Origin: a virus | IMG/VR virus record: IMGVR_UViG_3300028920_000064 | Coordinates: 13,441 to 77,440 of that record | Reading direction: 5' to 3' (one strand) | DNA length: 64,000 bases | Shown here: positions 60,201 to 64,000 of the stretch, in pieces | How positions within the stretch are numbered: the first letter of the stretch is position 1 | Layout of the letters: every line of letters starts with the position of its first letter | Notes under the pieces: model-generated | Told to the model about the DNA's origin: nothing | The model's database searches: none | What the model saw: the letters and a program-made list of their open reading frames with translations, nothing else | Position numbers and translations under genes: made by a program

Positions 60201-60650
60201 GATGCGGTAATATATGGTTTGCTCTACCTGCAGATCGGAGAGATCCCAACTCACCTCCTCCGGGGATCCCCCGGACAACGGTGATGAGGATGCCTCTGTT
60301 GAGGTTCCTAGTTCAGGTGTTGATCCATATTCCAGGGTTACTGTTGTTGAGAGCCCCAGGGAGTCCACCAGGCATTTGATCGATCCGGAGCTGATGGTGA
60401 TATCATACGCCTGGGGGTTGCTGATCCTCGGTGGCTGATCGGTGGCCAGCTGCCATTGTCTTGAGATCACCTTGATAGCGTCAGCCACCTTGCTTTCCAA
60501 CTCTGCATCCGTGGCTACCACGTTGGCTTCTGCTGTCAGCTTTTCGATAAAATTGTTCTGTTCTTCTGGCGCTCCTATGGGGGTGATAAACTTGTGATTT
60601 ACCGGCTTTGCCGTAACCTTAACCTCAATTCCTAATCTGAAGTCCTTCAT
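54273..60650 (-). CDS. 2125-aa FN3 + 6x(PKD-like cap/LRR/C-cap) + 3x carbohydrate-binding-like domain protein
   Basis: Repeated QFxFKFKxP...GDGT...GxYxFxVDG caps. LRR units such as LxxLxLSxTxVxGDIxxL. C-caps VDNCLISL...RTxASDxxL. Three HTDANA.SD.NGNE.NA.TGW...DxxSxxxV jelly-roll-like units. Confidence 0.8.
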   Translation of the reverse strand: MKDFRLGIEVKVTAKPVNHKFITPIGAPEEQNNFIEKLTAEANVVATDAELESKVADAIKVISRQWQLATDQPPRISNPQAYDITISSGSIKCLVDSLGLSTTVTLEYGSTPELGTSTEASSSPLSGGSPEEVSWDLSDLQVEQTIYYRIKAVSSAGTVYTHLHSFTTLTTPLIFQFDYTGEEQFRFLFKAPATKSITLEWGDGTSETIAGADDTYVDRTSSYTQKKKYNFKVTGDVVSITSFRSIVPCYPFIRGDVSRWGEMSDIDTAYFGFPQDPCPGLYGDITSIRNWTKLVNFYITSDGVTGDLSQLDQFTTDLYIISVHSKKVRFANVATWDGLDGAYLSFNYLSSKGVDNLIASTKGSVNCQIAAFLSEERTLASNQDLLESVENNNAVFVREDDVIMPLGDELHTDANAVSDPNGNEANATTGWVATGLDAPNEFVSQSSVKKTGSYAFKTNANPNPTSGAKITYTKTVEAGKLFRAGILWKALDFDNYRKDWELNFDGRSLNSYVQRDWKKWAAYVKASSTSLVTFIKEDGSTNAGGVYIDSFSLREVITSPIVLQIEFNGTDQFNFKFKAPATSTLDIYDGDGTTTNVAGQDDTLVTHTTDYSEPGTYTFFVDGDWADITYLNVSAQDFVYGSIARFNELVNLTFVNVGGTNIIGDVSVFADITVLEAIYFPLSRLTGDLSSLKDLASLSFVYGQGNFSFTSPDEWASSTSFAVMGDFSSSDIDNIISAFKNASGIKITLIFNEPRTTASDDDLITLVNNGNYIYLHEPKSPFPLGPEKHTDANAASDNNGNEANAITGWTEQNLNGTGRNVFASQKEVKYKGKYALKASSQPTPTSGAEITKEFTFSQGDVGYVKLAIRHIGEGKAWLAYPGYNTNAFIFSHLTTFRECVAYQPILTADPIEIRLAEASADNNGGMYLDDVSVRKVITSPIALEVKFDGTNQFEFDFKAPSTSTLTFYDGDGTITEVDGNDATEVTHTTDYSEPGVYTFYVEGDLSDITELKINNQSFVSGSINRFGELSSLIDLNVSGTGFDGNLENILNLTSLETFYVAGTKVTGDVSELAVLTSLDGLVVYQSEVFGDFSKLYPLTLIYQIFSFDQPGTSFENIETWDFSALATMQFHNNAWSSEDVDNCLISLANGGASGANIKLDGNNDTRTSASDAALSTLLAAGNTVIVNYDQSPIMFTVNYTDTQFQFKFKLPSTKRIIVNEGDGTFTTIVGQDDTYIIHETTYTEEGEYQFIVDGDYANLTNISIIDQENVTGSISRWNELVDVDYVGVMRSPGISGDFNKLGLLSNLESFQISKEQTLIRGNIEVLLPLSLDSMSAQSLAITGDVSQLWELPWLAPGGVVVGKSSVTWDTVQSFDPGGGFIAIDCNWTSEMVDNCLISIANGGMTSGVVLINGNNAPRTTASDAAMSTLLEDGNTVDVNFDSPVWYDVEYTDTQFQFKFKLPATKYVEIHDGDGTRTVIQGQDGTLITHNTTYTSPGKYRFYVDGAVRSLTELRIGGQAFVSGDATRLGELTDLEDLHIWSTGVSGNIRGWRNATSLFDLNANFSSLFEGDIRVLRDKTDLAQVALSGTSVEGNIRELEDLSSLLYLDLSNTNTHGDIGVLSARTAILRVNLNGTQVSGDLSDLSVCTALDYLWVHKSQVTFDNIVNLTVAIEIDASDCGWTTTMVDNCLISLDNAGTSGATINIGGKNASRSPASDDALISLLQAGNTVEVNYDSPVKFEVFYDGVTQFDFKFKLPSTKYLNIHDGDGTETLIQGQDDTLITHTTAYTASGYYNFYVDGHVNELRNINVINQPVSFNIEPFADLENLYLLFAAATINEFSNAYGNIEVFAKTSTLIYLSFSGPNVYGDISKLSSLPLLFSLSLQQTNCTFENVVSLPSTLAQLFFYNCPAMTSEMIDNYIKSWTAVDSRIYCWGAAGKRTEASNSAMQTILQNGNRVTIDDDEIDIGILGSELHTDANAVSDPNGNETNATTGWTPVNLGAPNSFESQDVETYNGDYAFKIDANPNPTSGAGIYKEFTVTAGNIYRLLIANRHSGEGDSWQCTVENGTAFYMRAYNSYDQKWRKFKVYYKAPDTAFRIDIKEAGITDSGSVFVDDISFKEVTFP

Positions 60651-60682
60651 TGTCTAAGGTTTTTAATGTTTTCTCATAAAGG

Positions 60683-60690
60683 GCAAGTTA
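60683..60690 (-). promoter_or_regulatory. Candidate variant -7 box TAACTTGC upstream of the LRR gene
   Basis: Abuts the terminator U-tract. Confidence 0.45.
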
Positions 60691-60691
60691 C

Positions 60692-60722
60692 AAAAAACCC
60701 CCAATGTTTGCGCAATGGGGGT
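60692..60722 (-). terminator. Intrinsic terminator
   Basis: ACCCCCA-N12-TGGGGGT followed by a T run. Confidence 0.75.
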
Positions 60723-60878
60723 CACTTGCTATGAACAAGAAAGCAGATCAACCGCTCGGCAACGGCTAATTGCTCCCAAGTTATGAAAATCTATGGATGT
60801 AATGTGAATGAGTTTTTTCAAAATCTCTGATTTTGTTACCTTAAAACAGAGATGTATTCTATATATATATTTTATGGT

Positions 60879-60922
60879 TCCCGTTTTCCGGGACATTGAT
60901 GTCCCGTTTTCCGGGACATTGA
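60879..60922. repeat. Two 21-bp direct repeats (23-bp period), iteron-like
   Basis: tcccgttttccgggacattga at 60879-60899 and 60902-60922. Includes the inverted repeat ATGTCCCG-TTTTC-CGGGACAT and sits next to an AT-rich tract. Confidence 0.85.
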
Positions 60923-60928
60923 ATTCGG

Positions 60929-61252
60929 CTATTTGAGGCATTTGATCGTCCTTGGGTTACGGGTAAGTGTTTCAATATATCCTTTCCTCTTCAGATCGAC
61001 AAGCATGTTCCGGATCCTTTTCTCAGAACACCTCATCAGTTCGCCAAGATATTTGTTGGAAGCAAAACAATGTTTGTCCTGGTCCATCATCCGAATGTAG
61101 GCCATGAGAACTTGTTCTCCTGCGCTGAGATCATCAGCGTACAGATATTCTGCCGGGATCCATAATCCTTGCAGCTGCTTGGGGTTGATCAATTGATTAT
61201 CGGGAGTCTGTGCCGACTGCTCCCATGGCGGGGCAATAAAGTCTGATTTCAT
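60929..61252 (-). CDS. Winged-HTH protein resembling the N-terminus of phage replication initiators
   Basis: GLWIP...DLSAGEQVLMAYI...CFASNKYLGELMRCSEKRIRNMLVDLKRKGYI. Confidence 0.8.
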   Translation of the reverse strand: MKSDFIAPPWEQSAQTPDNQLINPKQLQGLWIPAEYLYADDLSAGEQVLMAYIRMMDQDKHCFASNKYLGELMRCSEKRIRNMLVDLKRKGYIETLTRNPRTIKCLK

Positions 61253-61283
61253 ACTGGTTGGATTTTGTGGACAGTAAGATTAC

Positions 61284-61319
61284 AAAAAAAAGAACCGCCA
61301 TGCAAGTACATAGCGGCTC
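61284..61319 (-). terminator. Intrinsic terminator
   Basis: GAGCCGCTATG-TACTTG-CATGGCGGTTC-TTTTTTTT. Confidence 0.85.
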
Positions 61320-61405
61320 GGTTCTCCTTTTAGCAGTAATGTGTCCAACCAGCATTACGGAACAAAAATAGGGAAAAAAGGATATCCCATACCTGTTGAA
61401 AACTT

Positions 61406-61759
61406 TTATTTCTTTTTTTCAACAGGCTCCTCTGCCTTTTCAGTGGCCTCCTTTTTGGCCGCCGCCTTCTTGGGTGCCGGTGTGGGTTTCTTCTCGGTGG
61501 TGTCCGTCCTCTTGGTTTTGGGGGTCACATCCTTTGTGGGCACATTCCCGGTTTCCAGGACCTTCTTGGCGATGGCTAATCGTCGCACCACCTCCTCTTT
61601 CGGAACTTTGCCCATCAGAACCACGCTTGTTGTTTTGAGTTGCCCGATCTGATTGGGTCCCCGGGATCTGACCTTCTTTTTATCCACTGGCTCACTGAGC
61701 TGTGAAAAGGTGGTTTTCAGCTCCACCTTGCCTGTTAGAAAGACTTTCTTTGTTGCCAT
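61406..61759 (-). CDS. Basic protein with K/A/P-rich (histone H1-like) C-terminal tail
   Basis: KKPTPAPKKAAAKKEATEK. Confidence 0.65.
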   Translation of the reverse strand: MATKKVFLTGKVELKTTFSQLSEPVDKKKVRSRGPNQIGQLKTTSVVLMGKVPKEEVVRRLAIAKKVLETGNVPTKDVTPKTKRTDTTEKKPTPAPKKAAAKKEATEKAEEPVEKKK

Positions 61760-61811
61760 GGTAAATTGTTTTGATTAATCGACTACAAGTTAGAATATAT
61801 TACCAATAACC

Positions 61812-62270
61812 TCAAATGTCGCTTTCCTCTGAAGGAATGATTTTCTCCACACGGGCATGTAGGCGATATCCTTTTTCCATCAACATCTCGCCAATCGTGT
61901 TAAGAGCATCCAACACATCGTTTACCCCCGTTCCCACGAATATTGATGTGAACATTACTGATTCCCAATCCTTAGCCGCCGTGGGAGGTGGATCAGGAAT
62001 TTCCTCCATGAGAGGGGCTTTTTCCTCGGGAGGATCCTCCTTTGGCTTTTCCTCAGTTTCCCCGCCAAACATTTTCTCATTAAAAGCTCGTAGTTTGACC
62101 ATGGTGGGTTCCCTGAAGTCCAGGGCCACCTCATCGATGTCCAGTATGTCCTGAACCTTGCCATGGGCCACATCCATCTCTTTGGCGATCCTGGCATGGG
62201 ACCATCCCTGCGATTTCAGCTGTTTGATGTTCTCCCTGGCTGTGCGAATCTCTTTGTAATTGCTACTCAT
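61812..62270 (-). CDS. HTH domain protein
   Basis: LKSQGWSHARIAKEMDVAHGKVQDIL. Start likely at ATG 62270 (or 62297). Confidence 0.65.
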   Translation of the reverse strand: MSSNYKEIRTARENIKQLKSQGWSHARIAKEMDVAHGKVQDILDIDEVALDFREPTMVKLRAFNEKMFGGETEEKPKEDPPEEKAPLMEEIPDPPPTAAKDWESVMFTSIFVGTGVNDVLDALNTIGEMLMEKGYRLHARVEKIIPSEESDI

Positions 62271-62598
62271 CTGTGCTTGTGTGTTTGTAAGTTCCATCTT
62301 CTTGCTTTTCCCAGGCACGTTTCTCGTTTTTACTGTGCTTGATGTAGAGGTTATCCAGGAAGTCATTATAGCACATCCCGTAGTTTGTGGCCAGATTAAT
62401 GATCACAAGAACAGTGTCGGCCATCTCTTCCTGCACCTTCCTGCGATTATCATAGGTCTGCCATTTCTCGTAGTTATCTACAGCAATCTCCAACTCAAAA
62501 ACCTCCTCCCCCAGCTTTTTAATAATAGCTGCAGGATCCCTGGGTGTACCAAATGTTTCCCCAAACCAGTTTTTAAGCGTTTGATACAACTCTCTCAT
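62263..62598 (-). CDS. MazG-like / DUF550-type NTP pyrophosphohydrolase
   Basis: KKLGEEVFEL...VQEEMADTV...KHSKNEKRAW (EExxE / ExxD metal motifs). Confidence 0.82.
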   Translation of the reverse strand: MRELYQTLKNWFGETFGTPRDPAAIIKKLGEEVFELEIAVDNYEKWQTYDNRRKVQEEMADTVLVIINLATNYGMCYNDFLDNLYIKHSKNEKRAWEKQEDGTYKHTSTDE

Positions 62599-62975
62599 TG
62601 CGTCATCCTTTCTTCTGTTTTCTCCCTCATGTTGTCAATAAAGAGCTCCACCGCGGAGTTCCAGTAAGAGTACAGAGCATCGATACCCTCCTCAAAAAGC
62701 CTTACCTCACCACCAAGCATCACCAGCGCCTCATCATCAGCCTGAAACTTCTCCCAGGCATCAGATAATACACCACTGACACCATCGCCAGGATATCCCA
62801 CAGCAGCACCCTCAAATGCTATTGCCTGCACATCCTTCCCCGCCTCAGTCATCTCGTACTTAAATTTCCCCTGCAGGAAACGTACCCTCTCATTGTACAT
62901 CTCCTTGGCAGTGTCCAGCTTTGCCTCCAGGATCTTCTCAATCCTTTCTAATTCAAAAATCGTGTAGTGTGCCAT
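62595..62975 (-). CDS. Hypothetical protein
   Basis: 126 aa with an ATGA overlap. Confidence 0.65.
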   Translation of the reverse strand: MAHYTIFELERIEKILEAKLDTAKEMYNERVRFLQGKFKYEMTEAGKDVQAIAFEGAAVGYPGDGVSGVLSDAWEKFQADDEALVMLGGEVRLFEEGIDALYSYWNSAVELFIDNMREKTEERMTQ

Positions 62976-62998
62976 CTAATTACAATATTTCGTGAAAA

Positions 62999-63259
62999 TT
63001 ATATATTACGATTGTGCCCAGGACCATACACACGTACCCGCTGCCGGCCCTTCATCATACCAGCAACCTTGATCACCATCACTCCCTTATCCTCATACAC
63101 ATGATACGTCTCCTTGTCCCGTACAAAGTGATTCGTTAGCGTATTATAGCTGATCTCCAAAAAATCAGCCAATACCCTCCGGTTTGTAAAACCCTTCGTC
63201 AATGCCTTCCCGTTGCCCTGGTCAGCAAATACCACGTAGAAATCCCGGTCCATGTTCAT
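62999..63259 (-). CDS. Small HTH-like protein
   Basis: RRVLADFLEISYNTLTNHFVR. First gene after the 63352 promoter. Confidence 0.6.
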   Translation of the reverse strand: MNMDRDFYVVFADQGNGKALTKGFTNRRVLADFLEISYNTLTNHFVRDKETYHVYEDKGVMVIKVAGMMKGRQRVRVYGPGHNRNI

Positions 63260-63320
63260 TCAGCCCCCCCCTTTCTCGAAATTTTTTTCCATATAACACG
63301 ATTACGATCCATCAGTGTGT

Positions 63321-63352
63321 CAAAGGTAAGAAATGTGAATTTAATATCCAAA
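63321..63352 (-). promoter_or_regulatory. Bacteroidota primary-sigma promoter (TTTG-N20-TACCTTTG)
   Basis: Exact -33/-7 consensus about 60 nt upstream of the first gene. Confidence 0.75.
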
Positions 63353-63359
63353 TGGAAAT

Positions 63360-64000
63360 AACATTTCTGCACGATGTAAGTATGTCCTATACCGAAATTA
63401 CGTACCCGGGGTAAGTGACCGTCTGTGTGCAGTCTATGTTTAAATACAGCCATGCGATCCCCGAACGAAAATCGGATCTGCGGACCCGCCCCCCTCCATT
63501 GGCCTTCAGTGTGCCTGCCCTCGGCCTGAACCTCATAAGCGGTGCCTGTTCCCTTGGTCATACACAAGCGATCTCATGCCTTGATAGGGTAGGGGATAGG
63601 ATCACAACAAATACCTGACATTGTGGCCTATTTAACATAACAATAATTATCGGACAAGTGAGGCTATGACAATAAAGCGCCTGTAATCCACTGTTCATGC
63701 GGTGTTCGTGGGTTGTGTACCGGCTCTCTTATCTGTCTTGAGAGCGAGAGTTAAAGCCCTGAGAATGCGATATAACTAGCGTTAATCGCCTGTGATATTG
63801 GATAATTGCTTAATTTTGAGTTAAAACGTACAAATTCTAGTTTAAAATGGCTGATCTTCCTCCTTCTCCTCCCTCCTTACCTACAGTATCACAATCTATA
63901 CATGAGATGTTTAATACATTACGTGGTGGTGATGTGGTGCTGTTTAAGCGGATTTACTTGGCCTTGTGGCGTTATCTGTGGCCTTTGAGTCGTGTTGATC
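63360..64000. other. Non-coding region with strand-skew switch; candidate packaging-start/terminus region
   Basis: No credible ORF. C-runs around 63468-63497. The plus strand changes from C/A-rich to G/T-rich. Confidence 0.45.

Larger units (their letters stand above)
1..64000 (-). mobile_element. Segment of a tailed phage genome with Crassvirales-like virion module, probable Bacteroidota host
   Basis: TerL-portal-scaffold-MCP, ring/muzzle tail genes, tail fibre, lysis genes and primase-helicase are all co-oriented on the minus strand. No cellular housekeeping genes or integrase seen. Confidence 0.93.

Noticed and set aside
4595-60650. Stop-codon reassignment (TAG/TGA) as in some Crassvirales
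   Set aside because: Very long ORFs are intact in code 11, and TAG/TGA end genes at sensible places (e.g. the MCP TAG before a terminator, many ATGA overlaps).
60729-60941. 70-aa ORF as an independent gene
   Set aside because: It runs over the iteron-like repeats and AT-rich tract and is better explained as a remnant of the initiator linker. No clear slippery site.
63256-63988. ORFs 63256-63567 (-), 63415-63618 (+) and 63806-63988 (+)
   Set aside because: Atypical composition and no motifs. The first spans a consensus promoter.
1-64000. tRNA/rRNA genes, integrase/att sites, introns or inteins in TerL and primase
   Set aside because: None recognised by eye and protein lengths are normal. 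tRNAscan-SE/Infernal were not run, so small RNAs in 63.3-64 kb cannot be excluded.

Overview
The window is about 63 kb of a tailed dsDNA phage with a Crassvirales-like (podovirus-type) head/tail module. The host is probably a Bacteroidota bacterium: there are two perfect TTTG-N19/20-TAnnTTTG promoters and no obvious Shine-Dalgarno sites. All credible genes are on the minus strand and use the standard code. In transcription order (right to left): a non-coding region with a strand-skew switch; small HTH and MazG-like genes; a truncated replication-initiator-like gene with iteron-like repeats; a 2125-aa FN3/PKD-LRR/CBM array protein and its 171-aa short paralogue; tandem GroES; TerS?/TerL; portal; scaffold; major capsid protein; an apparently acquired LamG-rich accessory cassette; a 2947-aa modular tail fibre with a peptidase-S74 chaperone; ring/muzzle tail proteins with three tiny ultra-basic ORFs among them; putative ejected proteins ending in a 4434-aa methyltransferase + Strawberry-notch helicase + zincin + LPD38 protein, where crAss phages usually encode virion RNA polymerase; a lysis cassette; and a Twinkle/T7-gp4-like primase-helicase running off the left edge. 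Top leads: the RNAP-less crAss-like cargo, the LRR-cassette array with a shared anchor, the basic micro-protein triplet, an RNA hairpin antisense to the initiator start codon, and DNA-conserved junctions in the tail fibre. All family calls come from recognising motifs by eye; no database searches were run.
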